DNA of 64,000 nucleotides from Amoebidium appalachense (Eukaryota; Protista; Ichthyosporea). The translations under genes and the position numbers were made by a program. Numbering within the stretch: position 1 is the stretch's first letter; each line of letters starts with the position of its first letter. The stretch spans positions 7,069,794-7,133,793 of the forward strand of contig CAVNZM010000010.1 of the NCBI GenBank assembly GCA_963693365.1. Direction: 5' to 3'. The notes beneath the pieces are model-generated. The model saw only the letters and a program-made list of their open reading frames with translations. It was not told the DNA's origin and did no database searches. This document shows positions 51,843 to 64,000 of this stretch, piece by piece.

Positions 51843-52116
51843 ATGTTCCTCTACAACATGACCCTGCAGCGCCCCACCTGCATTATGAATGCGGTGGCTG
51901 GCAATTTCAGTGGGACCAAGCAGCAGGAGATTCTGGTGGGCAGGGGCAACGTGCTTGAGCTCAACAGGCTCGATACCTCCACAGGAAAGGTGTGCACTCG
52001 GTGGGGATAGGATTGTGTGGTCCTGGCATGTGGTGGGCACCTGGGTGTTATTGTATGCGTGAGGTGAAAGGGTATTGCTTGTGGTGGTGTGTGTGTGTGT
52101 GTGTAGGTGTTTGTGG

Positions 52117-52151
<35 letters not shown>

Positions 52152-52569
52152 GGGTTGGGGGAGGGGGGAGAGGGAAGAGGGAGGGAATAAGATGAATCCT
52201 AGTGTATTTTATTTCAGCAAATTGCTTCCTCATTCTAAAGCTGCCGGTACACAGATTTTCCAGGTTCTGTCTGTTCAAGTGTTTGGGGTCATCAGATCCC
52301 TCACACCAGTGAGGCTGACGGGCAGTTCCAAAGGTATGTCTTTACAGTCTGCGTGTGAAGATGTGCTGCTGTTATGATTGACTCGTCGTCAGCCCGTTGC
52401 CTATCTCTATCTGTCCAACCCTCCTCCTCCTCCTCCTCCTACTCTCCCCCTTTCACAATTTGCTTGGGTATGGGCCTTTTAACTATCGATCCGCTCGTTA
52501 TCCCTGTCTGACTTTCCTTGATTTCTACCTTCCTCCGAACTTCCTGGTCTACCAACACATGCGTGCGCG

Positions 52570-52644
<75 letters not shown>

Positions 52645-55219
52645 ACTCAAGCCCCAGACCGACACACCCACTCGGCCACATCCACTATACACCCTACCAA
52701 CTCACAACAAATTAGATGCTCTACTTCTCCCTCTGTATACACCCCCCCTCCCCCCCCCCCCCCCCCCCCCCGGGCTCCCCTGTTCTTCCTTCTCTTGGTT
52801 CTTCCCCTCCGCTTCCTTTTGCTGCCTCTCAGCCTCATTACACGCTCACGTTTGGCATTCTTCCCCTCTTTTCTATCTCGCCCACCTGCCCAATCTGAAA
52901 TCATTCATCAGAATGGTTTGTGCCTCTGCTCCATTACACGCTCACGTTTGGCATTCTTCCCCTCTTTTCTATCTCGCCCACCTGCCCAATCTGAAATCAT
53001 TCATCAGAATGGTTTGTGCCTCTGCTCCTTCCAAATCCACTCCCCCCCTCCCCCCCGCGGAGCGCTCGCACACTTTTAGGATCTGGTGCCATTGGGTTCG
53101 CAGGGATTGTGTTAGAAGCACTTCTTGGAGCCCAAATTCTTTCTGCTTTTAACTATATCTTGCTCCCCTAGCCACATCATGCATGGGCACACACACACAC
53201 ACACGTGCACACGGACTCTTACACACACGAGCATGCACACTCCCGCATGCACACACACACACACATACACACACACACACACACACGTGCATGCATGCAT
53301 CGCTCACACACACACACACACACACACACACAACGCGCTTGCATGCACAGACACACACACACACACACGTGTGCACGTCCACATGCATACATCTACACAC
53401 GCACGCACACACATGTGCGCGCGTGCAAAGTCACACACGGTTCACTTCCTGTACCGCTGTCTTCTGCACAGGTGCACATGCACGAGGTGGAAGGGGGGTT
53501 GTGGGTGGGGGGGTGGAAAATCGAGAAAACAAAAAAAGGAGTGTACATTGAGGCACAACCCTATTTAGGTGTCAGATGACTCCTGCTCTGGCGGCCTTTT
53601 TTTTATACACACACCCAACATGGACACATGCAAAAGCCAGCATGTGTCAATTGATTTTTAACTCGTCCCCCCCCCCCCCCCCCCCCCCCCCCGCGCCTCA
53701 ATAGCCCGCTCGTATCTCTGTATTGCATGGTGTAGCTGAACTTTTCCCATATCCTGCCATGATCCACACACAGCAGCAACTGACACAGGCCACACACACA
53801 GACTACATCGTGGTTGGGTCGGACAGTGGGCGCATCAACATTCTCGAATATGACCCGCAGAGAAACATTTTCGAGAAGGTGCACGAAGAGACCTTCGGAA
53901 AGAGCGGTTGCCGCCGCATTGTTCCCGGCCAGTTCTTGGCTACAGACCCTAAGGGCCGTGCAGTCATGATTGGTATGTCTGTGTTTGGAGCTTAAAGTTT
54001 GAAGGTTTTTTGGTGTGTCTGTTGGTCGGTGGGTGGGTGTGGGTTGATGGGTGGTGGGTAGGGTGGGTGGGTGGTGGTGGTAGTGGTGCGTGGGTTTGAA
54101 AGAGAGGGAAAAGGGGGGGGGGGGGGGGGTTAGAGTGTGGGTTTGAATGGGTGTGGGTATCTGCTGGTGGTGGTGGTGGAGAATAGGTATGTGTCTAGGA
54201 GGGAGGACTGCAAATGGTTAAGACCTTTCACATGATACTTCTTGCCACACACATATCTTACCCTCTATCTTGCAGCATCCGTGGAGAAGCAAAAGCTCGT
54301 CTACATTCTCAACAGAGACCAGAAAGCACGTCTTACCATTTCCTCGCCTCTCGAGGCGCACAAAGCACACGCCATTCTGTTCCATGTGGTGGGGTTGGAT
54401 GTTGGTTTTGAAAACCCCGTTTTTGCATGTTTGGAGCTGGATTATTCGGAGGCAGATGAGGATCCAACACAGGAGGCTCTTGCTGAAACCAGACAGGTGG
54501 GTTTTTTTGGGGGGTGGGGGGAGGGGGGGGGGGCTCATTGCGGGTGGGTGGGTTGGTGGGTGGGGGGTGTGTAGAGGGATGTGGAGGGAGAGGGGGGGGG
54601 GGGGGGGGGAGGGGAGAGATTGGTATGTGGGTGGGTGTGGTTGGGGTATGGTGTGGGTGGGTGAAGGTGGGTAGGTAGGTGTGGATGGGTGGGTGGGTAG
54701 TTGTGGATGGGTGGGTGGGTAGTTGTGGATGGGTGGGTGGGTAGTTGTTAGTATGGTGTGGGTGGGTGGGTGGGTGGAGGTATGGTGTCGATGGGTAGTA
54801 GGTGGGGCATGTCGTGGTTGAGGGTATCGTGTGGGTGTCGTGGTTGAGGGTATCGTGTGGGTGGGTGCAAGTGGGTGGATAAGCAATGGATAGGCATTTA
54901 GTGGATGGGTAGGCAAATGGACTTGGCAGTGGCTATAGGCACGGGTTTGTGCTCGCTTGCGTACGCTCGCACACAGACACAAACACACAGACGGACAGGC
55001 AACCACACAGGCATACACCCATCCCTCTTTTTCTGGGTTTGTGCATGCTGATGTGGTGGCTTGTATTGATGGTCCGTACGGACACGAATGTAAGCACTTT
55101 GACATTACATTTATCAATGTACACCTTCCCACCTTCCAAAGCCCCTTTGTTCGTTTTGTTATTTCACTGCTATGTTCTGCTATATCACAAGCACTTTATC
55201 CCTCTGTCTTTCTTTCATT

Positions 55220-55250
<31 letters not shown>

Positions 55251-56516
55251 GCACACAGAATCTCGTGTTTTACCAACTCGATTTGGGGCTCAACCACGTA
55301 GTGCGCCAGGCCAGTGAACCATTGGAGGACATCGCAAACATGCTCGTTACAGGTGGGTGCTGCCTGCTGCCAAACAAAACACGCATCACACCGGAAACAT
55401 AAACACTGAAATTACACGCAGTTAGAGAGAGACAGACACGATGCACATCTGTATGTGCCTTTAATCACATAGACAGAGAAACGGCACGTGTGGTGGTGCG
55501 GATCTGATGTGAAGGGACGTGAAATACGTCACGTACAGTATCGTGCACTAAGACTCACGTACGCTGGCAGTGGATCGTGCTCACACGTGCAACTAGGGGT
55601 GTGGAGGCACACACGTGGATGTGCATATATAAATGTACAGCAGTCTTCAACCGAAACATATTTCACTTCTTATGCACACAGGAGCCCACCGGGCGGGGGT
55701 GGGAAGGGGGGGGGGGGGGGGGTGGTGAGGGGGGGAGGGGGAATCCCGGGGGATTTTAGTTCGGTTCGGACATGACGGTATTGTCTGCTTACGCATAACT
55801 ACATGTGACACATGCTCTCACAGTCCCGGGAGGCAACGACGGGCCGGGGGGTGTTCTTGTGTGTGTGGAAAACTTTATTCTGTACAAGAACATGGGAGAA
55901 CAGAGGGAGGTGCGTGTGCCCATCCCACGCAGGGAGGGTGAGGCCATGAGTGAGCGTGCAATCATCATCGTGTCTGCTGCCACCGTCAGGTCAAAGGTGT
56001 GCCTTTACCCCCCCTCTCTCCCTTCCCCCCCCCCCCCCCCCCCCCCCCCCCTTCGTACCGTGTTCCGCATTCAACCCCCCCCCCCCCCCCCTGCACTGCA
56101 TTAGTTTGCACACACATCCTCACCGTTTTGTTCACCTTGCTTGCATAAGCAACCCTGCTCGTCTTTGATCAAGACGGGTTGACCCTCCCAAGTTCAGTTG
56201 ATGCTGCTGTCTGAGTTGGAGAGTCGTATATACGCGGGCTAAGGGGTCGAAACTCAGACGCAATTGATGACTTGGGCCCTTCCTGAGGATGGGCTCTGCT
56301 TATGACGCATACTGTGCGCATGGATTATGTCGTATACTTGAATGTTTGCCTTTGCATGTGTCCTGCACCATGCTTCTCGTCGTGTATGCGTACTTCGTAC
56401 CGTTTTCCGCATTCCAACCCCCCCCCCCCCCCAAAAAAAAAAAAAAAAAAAAAAAAAAAAAGCCACACACGAGCTCACTCACTCACTCACTCACTCACTC
56501 ACTGGCTCCCCATTTG

Positions 56517-56611
<95 letters not shown>

Positions 56612-57116
56612 AATGGACTTTACGTATGGTGCATACTCTTTGTGTGCGAAATTCTGCATTATGTTGTCCGTGGCAAATGTGTAGTTTGCACTCTGTGATG
56701 CTCTCCCCCCCCCCCCCCCCCCGCAACCCCCCCCCCCCCCCCCCCCCGCACACCACACACACACACACACACAGACAGACACACACACACCCGCCACCGC
56801 CACCCCAACCAAAAAAAAAAGGAGGGGGGGGGGTGGGTGGGGGGGGGAGGGGGACACCTACTAACACGTAATTCTGGCTACGCTTGCGCTTTCTAACCTA
56901 ACGTACTCCTCCCCACAGCAAATCCTGTTCTTCCTACTGCAGTCTGAGCAGGGTGACCTGTTCAAGTTATCACTGGTCATTGATGACGAGGAGGTGTGTG
57001 TTTGTCAAGTGTCTACACGGTGTTGGGCTTTGTCATATGGGGTTGTGTTGGCGAGGTTGATTGCCGTTGTGTATGTGTGGGTGGATGTGTGGTGGTGAGG
57101 CGAGAGTGTGTGTGTG

Positions 57117-57147
<31 letters not shown>

Positions 57148-57148
57148 T

Positions 57149-57189
<41 letters not shown>

Positions 57190-60100
57190 ATTTGAGTATT
57201 TGTCCTATTTCGTTTTCGTTTCTGCCCTTTTTTTTTGCTTTTCTTGTTTGTTTCTGAGTGGCGGGGGGGAGGGGGGAGGGGGAGGGATGGATCAGAAGGG
57301 TTATAGTTTTTTCCTTCTGGTGGGCTTAGACGTCTGGGGGTGAGTAGATGGTGAGGAACCAAAGGGGGGAGGGGGGGGGAGGAGGGGAGGATGCTGTGCA
57401 TACGTTTTAGCCCCCCCCCCCCACACGACCCCCTCCCCCCCCCCCCCCCCCCCAGCCCCTCCCCTGTCTGTGAGAGCATGCATGTTTCGGGTGTGTGTCT
57501 GCGTTCGTGAGCTGTGTGCGGTTGGCTGTTTGCGCACGTGCGCCCTGTGTGCGTGTTTCCGCGTATGCGCTGTGTGTTTGTGTACGTGCGTGCTTGCGTG
57601 CGTAAGTGCGTTCCTGCAACCGGGCAGCGTTTGTGCATGCGTGCTTGCTTGTGCGTGCGTGCGTGCGTGTGTGTGTGTGTGTGTTTGCGATGTGTGCTTG
57701 TCTGTGTGCCTATGTGGTTGCTGACAACCCATGCCATGGCCCAGGTCAAGGACATGCAGATCCAGTACTTCGACACCATCCCTGTGGCCAACAGTCTGGT
57801 CATGCTCAAGGCAGGCTTCCTGTTTTCGGCCAGCGAGTTTGGAAACCAGTACGTGCCACCCTATGCTTGTGTGTGTGTGTGAATAGTGGTAGAGAGCATT
57901 GTAGGTAGATTTTACCTGTTTGAATGGGGTGTGTGGAGAGTTGTAATGTTACTGGCACGTGTGTGTGCGGTGGCGTCGAACTACGAGTCGGGAGGTCAAG
58001 TAAAAAATTTTCGTTTTTGTTTTTGGTTTTGTCTTATTTTATTTCATTTTGGAGGGGGCCGGGGGGGGTGGGGGGGGAGGGGGGAGGGGGGAGTAAGAGA
58101 GAGAGAGGCAGAGGAGAGAGAGCGACAGAGAGAGAAAGGTGTGTGTGTGGGTGGGCTGGGGGGGGGGGTTCGTATGATGAGACAGAACGTTGGTCATCGG
58201 TATACATAGTGTTCGGGTGTGCTTGGACGATGATGATTGAAAATATATTATGCTACACCGCTGATTTAGTGTGATGCATCGGAAGTAGTTGAGTCCATAC
58301 CTACTAGGATGTTTTGGGTCTCTGTTGCTCTTGGTACTTACTGACACCCTCCCCTCCCCTCTTGCTCTCCCCTTTTTCCCGGTGATACCCCAGCCAGTCT
58401 CCCCTTTTTTCAACGTTCAACAACACACAAACACAGAAACACAGAAACACATGCACGCTGACGTACACACATCACACTCACACACACACACACTCACACA
58501 GCTTCCTTTATCAAATATCACATCTCGGGCAAGACAGCGACCCAATATTCAGCTCCGACTCAATGGAGGGCGAGGAGGTAAGGGGAGGTTTCCAACTGTT
58601 ATGGCCATGTGCTTAAGCTCATGGGTGTGGGTACCGGTCCTAGTTGCAGGTGTGGCATGTGCTGTCTCTGCCTTGCATGCATACACTTGTGCGGTGTGTG
58701 GGGTAGATTTATAATTGTTGAACCACGCTGAGGCAGAATGGTTGCCCGGGGGGAGAGGGGGGGGGGGGGGGGGGGGGGTAGCTGTTGCACGGGTCTATCT
58801 GAAAGCATTGTGCACCGGCATTTTGTGTCGGCCTTAACGAGGTTAGTGGTCATGTGGTGCTTTGGGGGGCTTGCTGACTCACTCATGCCCCTGCAGCCGC
58901 CAACATTCCGACCGCGCGAACTTACCAATCTGCTGCAATTCTCCGAAATGGAGAGTCTGTGCCCCATCTTGGATTGCAAGGTGGGTTTTTTCCCCTTCCT
59001 TTTTTTTTGGGGGGGGGGGTGTTCGGAGATAGGGGGGATGGGTGGGGGCTCGCTGTTGGTTAGCATCTATGTCTAGTTGTGTGGATGTCTGCGCTGTAGG
59101 CACTTGAGTGTGTGCAGCCATGCATTCGCTGGGTTATCGGGATAATATTGGCGTGTGTGGGTGCACAACTGTAAGAGTCAGACACATACATGTGCAGCTA
59201 TTCCTCTGCAATATGCACAACAGGCATGTGTCCGCACCACAGACATCTGATTACTGTACATCCGCACTGACCGTTTTCGTTTTCCTACCTGCCTAGCACT
59301 AACAACGATTTGCAGATTGCGCATTTGGGTGAAGGACAAGATGTTGCACAATCCCACATGTTTCCCCGTGTACTTTTTTCCCCCCTGGGCTTTCTCTTGC
59401 GTGGCTAGCAGTAACAAACGATGTTTCTTGCAGATTGCGCATTTGGGTGAAGAACAAGACGTTCCACAATTCTACATGGTGTGCGGTCGGGGGCCATCGT
59501 CAACATTCAAGACATTACGTCACGGGTTGGAGGTCACTGAAATGGCCGTATCAGAACTGCCTGGCAACCCAAACAATATCTGGACCGTTAAAAAGCGCGT
59601 GCATGGTATGTGTGGCGAGCGGCAGATGGTTGCGGGTGCAAGGGGTTGTTGCATGTTGAGGGGTGTGTGGGTGGGAGGGATGGATGTGGGGTGGACGGTT
59701 TGGCTGTGGGTGTGATGTTTAATGTTGGTTGGGAGTGCAGGTGTGTGGTTGTGTTTTTGTTTGTTGTTGATTTGGGCCTTTTGTTTTTGTTTATTTTGGT
59801 TTGCAGGTTTGTGTGTGTGTGATGTGTGTGGAGAGGGGAGAGGTGGGAGGTGGAGGGGGGGGGGGGGGGGGGGGGGGGAGGGGGGGTTGTTAGGTAGTGG
59901 GAACCAGGAGTAGTGTGGGTGTGGGTCGGTGGGTGGGTGAGGGAGGAGAGGGAGGAGGAGAGGAGTGTGGTGGTATACTAGTAAGAGGGGAGGGAGGGGG
60001 GGGTTATCTTTGCAAGCAGTATGATGGCTTATGCATTGCCCTTTGCCACACAGACGAGTACGACTCGTACATTATCGTGTCGTTCGTCAATGCAACACTG

Positions 60101-60336
60101 GTGCTGTCCATCGGTGAAAACGTGGAGGAGGTGGTAGACAGTGGGTTCCTGGCCACCAGCCCAACACTCAACGCCAGCACCCTGGGTGATGATGCATTGC
60201 TGCAGGTCTACCCAGAAGGTGCGTGCAGTTGATTTGCCAGCAAGTTTGTTTGTTTTGTTTTGTTTTTTTGTTTTTTTCTTCTTTTCTTTCCAGTTCTTTC
60301 CTTTTTTTTTTTTTTTTTTTTTTTTTTTGTGTGGGT

Positions 60337-60376
<40 letters not shown>

Positions 60377-61650
60377 TCTTCTACTTCCCTGTCGTCGCCT
60401 GGTTCGTGTGGCGGGGGCACACACACATGTGGCATGGATGCCTGAACGCAGGCACTCACGCACAGGTGCGCGCGTGCACACACACACACATACACACTCA
60501 CTCACTCACTCACTCACTCACTCACTCACTCACTCACTCACTCACTCACACACACACACACACACACACACACCACAAGGAGCAGCAACACCAAAGCCTT
60601 TGCCCGATAGTGCAGAGCACGATCATACACACTGTTGTTTTTTCACCCCCAGCTTGTTGCTCGGTGCCGGCAAACACCGAAAAACATGCCAAGTCATGTT
60701 GGTACCAAAAGGAGCTGGATCTGCAAACTATGTGCAAGGGAGGTCCGTGAGAAACTGAACGTATGGCCTCCGGGGGGAGGGCGGATTGGGGGTGAAGTGA
60801 GGGAAGAGGGAGGGGGGGGGGGGAGGGGATGATGTAGCGAAGTGTCTGGAATAAGGGAAGTTCAAAACCGTTACCTGATGGTGTTACTTGTGCTTGTTCA
60901 GTTGTCTGTTCTTTTGTCCGGGATATATCTGGCTTATACATTTGCGTTCTGTCGCTATGCTTAATGGTGTCCTCTGGGTGGCAGGTATCCGACACATCAG
61001 AGCAGACAAACGTGTGAATGAATGGAAAGCCCCAGCAAAATCTACAATCGGCCATTCAGTATTGACCCCCCCCCCCCCCCCCTCAATTCCGCACCACTCT
61101 CTCCCTTCCCTCCCATTCTTCACCTGGCCCCCTCTCCTCAGACCCCAGTCGTCGTGTCCCCCCCCCCCCCCCCCCCCTTCGGGCCAGGCTCAGTTTGGTA
61201 TATGATGTCGTCTAGATGTCTCTCTCACCTTGATTCTCTCTTCGGAGTCATACATCACCACTAGCAGGCACATGCCTCGAGTGTTTGCACCGTTTCAGTG
61301 CACACATGCAAGAAATATTACCAAAATCGCAATGGTAGCCAACTCTACGGTTCATGATTTTTTACCATGGCATTGCAATATGTACCTCCAACAACTTTTC
61401 TTCTGTGTGTCTGCAGGCCGTGAACAACCGGCAGGTAGCCATCACTCTCCACGGCACCGAGTTGGTGTACTTTGAGCTTGATGCTGCCGGGCAGCTGAAC
61501 GAATATGCCGAACGACTCAACACAGACGCAGAAATCAGATGCATTGCTATTGGCTCAGTGCCTCTGGGCAGGCAACGGAGCAGATTCCTGGCTGTGGGCT
61601 TGGCGGTAGGTGGCTGCGGTGTGGGGGTGGGGTTGGATGGGTGTGTGTGT

Positions 61651-61684
<34 letters not shown>

Positions 61685-62887
61685 TGGGTATGTAAGGTGG
61701 TTTTGGGTGAATGGGTAGGTGTGTGTGTGTGTGTGTGTGTATGTGTGTGGGTGTTTGGGGGGGGGGGGGGGGGGGGCTGTTTGGCAAGGGGAAGTAGTGG
61801 TTGGATGGCTGAAGGTATGAGTGGGAGGGGGGGAGGGGGGGGGGGTTAGCATGTTTGCAGCTGTGCTTGTAGATTTGCTAGATGTTGCGGTCAGGTGAAT
61901 GGTGTTGCAGATTATATGTTATGTGTTGCTGGACGTTGTACGTGAATTGGGTTGCAAATTTGGTGCCCGGAACGATGCCAGTATTCTGGTACATGAAGAA
62001 TTGTATAAGAAGTTCGTGGGGGTAAGAGTCTATATATATAGGCATTGCTGAGATATGCATCCATCTGATTTGCGGATTCATGCAGAGCAATGTGGTGGTG
62101 ATCTATTCGCTGGACCCTGAGGACTGTTTGCAGCAACTGGCTATTCAGGCCGTACCTTTTGAGGTGACCCCCCCCCCCCCCCCCCGATCAAGACGGGTTG
62201 ACCCGCCCAAGCTCAGTTGATGCTGCTGTCTGAGTTGGAGTGTCGTATATACGCGGGCTAAGGGGTCGAAACTCAGACGCAATTGATGACTTGGGTCCTC
62301 CCTGAGGATGGGCTCTGCTTATGACGCATACTGTGCACATGGCTGATGTTGCATACTTGAATGTTTGCCTTTGCATGTGTCCTGCACCATGCTTCTCGTC
62401 GTGTATGCGTACTTTGTACCGTGTTCCGCATTCAAAACCCCCCCAGTCTTCTTTCAGAGGTGTCCTTTCAGGACAGACCACTGTGTGGAGACCGCTTTAC
62501 TTCCATGCAACCGGGCATGGTTGCTCTGTGTCGTGCATCTGTAAGCACATACACATTTTTCGCTGCACTGCATTAGTTTGCACACACATCTTCACCGTTT
62601 TGCTCACCTTGCTTGCATAAGCAACCCTGCTCGTCTTTGATCAAGACGGGTTGACCCGCCCAAGCTCAGTTGATGCTGCTGTCTGAGTTGGAGTGTCGTA
62701 TATACGCGGGCTAAGGGGTCGAAACTCAGACGCAATTGATGACTTGGGTCCTCCCTGAGGATGGGCTCTGCTTATGACGCATACTGTGCACATGGCTGAT
62801 GTTGCATACTTGAATGTTTGCCTTTGCATGTGTCCTGCACCATGCTTCTCGTCGTGTATGCGTACTTTGTACCGTGTTCCGCATTCA

Positions 62888-62928
<41 letters not shown>

Positions 62929-63513
62929 TCCTTCTCCACCTTGCTCGCTCTCTCCCCCTCCCACGCACGCGCACACACACACACGCGCGCGCCTTTCTTT
63001 CCAACGTCCCTGCTGCTCTTTTGGTGCAGCAGATGGGTTTCCTGTGTCTGGACTCGTAACATAGACGTTTTTGGTTTTCTGCTGTGGTGAGGATGTGCAA
63101 GCTGTCACAGTTGTGCAATGCACGTGAAAGAGGGGTGGGCAGGAAGAGCCGAGCCTGCATGTGTGCCCGTAATTCCTTTCTTTCCTTCTTTCTTGTTTGG
63201 GCCGGGGGGAGGGGGGGGGGGGGGGGATATCCATTTGTTTGCATGTGTTCATGTTTCGTTGACTAGAATAGGTTGCTGTAGAAATGCCAGTGTGTCGTGC
63301 TCTCAAGGCAGAAACACCTTTTCTAGTTTTTTTATTTTGCATCTAACCCTCTGTGTGTGTGCAGCCATCGTCCCTGTGCCTAGCCGACATGGATGAGGGG
63401 TCAGAGGGCGGTGAGCAGACCACACAGTTCCTGACCATCGGATTGGCAAACGGTGTCATGTTGCGCACAGTAGTGGACCCTGTGTCGGGTAACCTCTCAG
63501 ACACACGAACAAG
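51843..63513 (+). CDS. SF3B3: Splicing factor 3B subunit 3 (SAP130/Rse1), 5' portion; continues past window end
   Basis: [12 protein letters not shown]...[11 protein letters not shown]; [12 protein letters not shown]; [28 protein letters not shown]; [11 protein letters not shown]; [16 protein letters not shown]; [10 protein letters not shown]; [14 protein letters not shown]; YFDTIPVA; SEFGN; [19 protein letters not shown]; [16 protein letters not shown]; GNLSDTRTR. Confidence 0.97.
52836..53027. repeat. Perfect tandem duplication, 96-nt unit, in SF3B3 intron
   Basis: CATTACACGCTCACGTTTGG...GCCTCTGCTC occurs at 52836 and 52932. Confidence 0.9.
56052..56417 (+). mobile_element. Subfamily A: 23-nt 3' stub (56052-56074) plus a 5'-truncated copy (56092-56417) with full ribozyme-like core
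   Basis: Both pieces are bounded by poly-C. GTT 56215-56217 and CTGAGGA 56283-56289. A CTCC>CTTC change keeps stem I as a G-U pair. Confidence 0.85.
62186..62889 (+). mobile_element. Subfamily A, partial tandem (453-nt period) inside a poly-C run just after an SF3B3 splice donor
   Basis: GAG|GTGA(C)18 GATCAAGACGGG... repeats at 62639 and ends GCATTCAAA(C)n. Confidence 0.9.
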
Positions 63514-64000
63514 GTGTGTGTGGGTGTGGGTGTGTGGGTGCATGCATGTGTGTGTGTCTGTGTCGAAGTGTGTATACACTCATAAGAGCGCACACGTGCA
63601 TGTGTACGATGTGTGGATCACAAACACGAGCACGGCGCATGTGTATCGCGTGTGAAAAGACATACACGTGCACACGTTCACGTGTTTGGTGTTGGTGTTT
63701 GGAGAGATGCGGTGCCGTGTTTACGTGGAGGTGTATGGTCTGTAAAGAGATATAATTGCGCACATGTATGTGCATGGTGTGAGGAGACACACGGGCACAC
63801 GTGCGTGTGTGTGATGGTGGAGACCCAAATACGTGTGCACTACTTTCACGTGTACGGCATGTGGAGAGAAACACACATATACACTCCATTTAGAGACGGA
63901 CAGGTTTAGACCTGCAAGATGGGCATTGGATGACCTGTACACTGTATACCAGTTTCACCTGGGTTGTGCCATGAAAACGACATGCCTGTTTTTTTTTGTT

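Overview
Intron-rich eukaryotic DNA, saturated with poly-C/poly-G runs and (CA)n/(GT)n/(CT)n microsatellites. It is probably from a unicellular opisthokont/holozoan-like protist (inferred from gene content, not established). Most short ORFs in the supplied track are translations of these repeats. Spliced genes reconstructed by hand: 3' part of eIF2B-alpha (+), a MAP1D-type methionine aminopeptidase (-), Integrator subunit INTS6 (+), an NRAMP metal transporter (+) and the 5' part of SF3B3 (+). There is also an intronless, bacterial-looking GNAT acetyltransferase (-). Mobile DNA: a decayed Naiad/Chlamys-type Penelope-like retroelement in a MetAP intron, a near-intact APE-RT LINE, and a nested inverted-repeat MITE-like element. 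The most striking signal is a family of ~450-nt non-coding, 5'-truncated, partly tandem elements sitting in intronic poly-C runs, all sense to the host gene. Three diverged subfamilies share a covarying RNA structure that contains every hammerhead-ribozyme core nucleotide, but in a non-circularly permuted, pseudoknotted order; a fourth copy is degenerate. This is a candidate new ribozyme topology on retrozyme-like elements, possibly mobilised by Penelope-like RTs. All structures and homologies were read by eye; no folding or database search was run.
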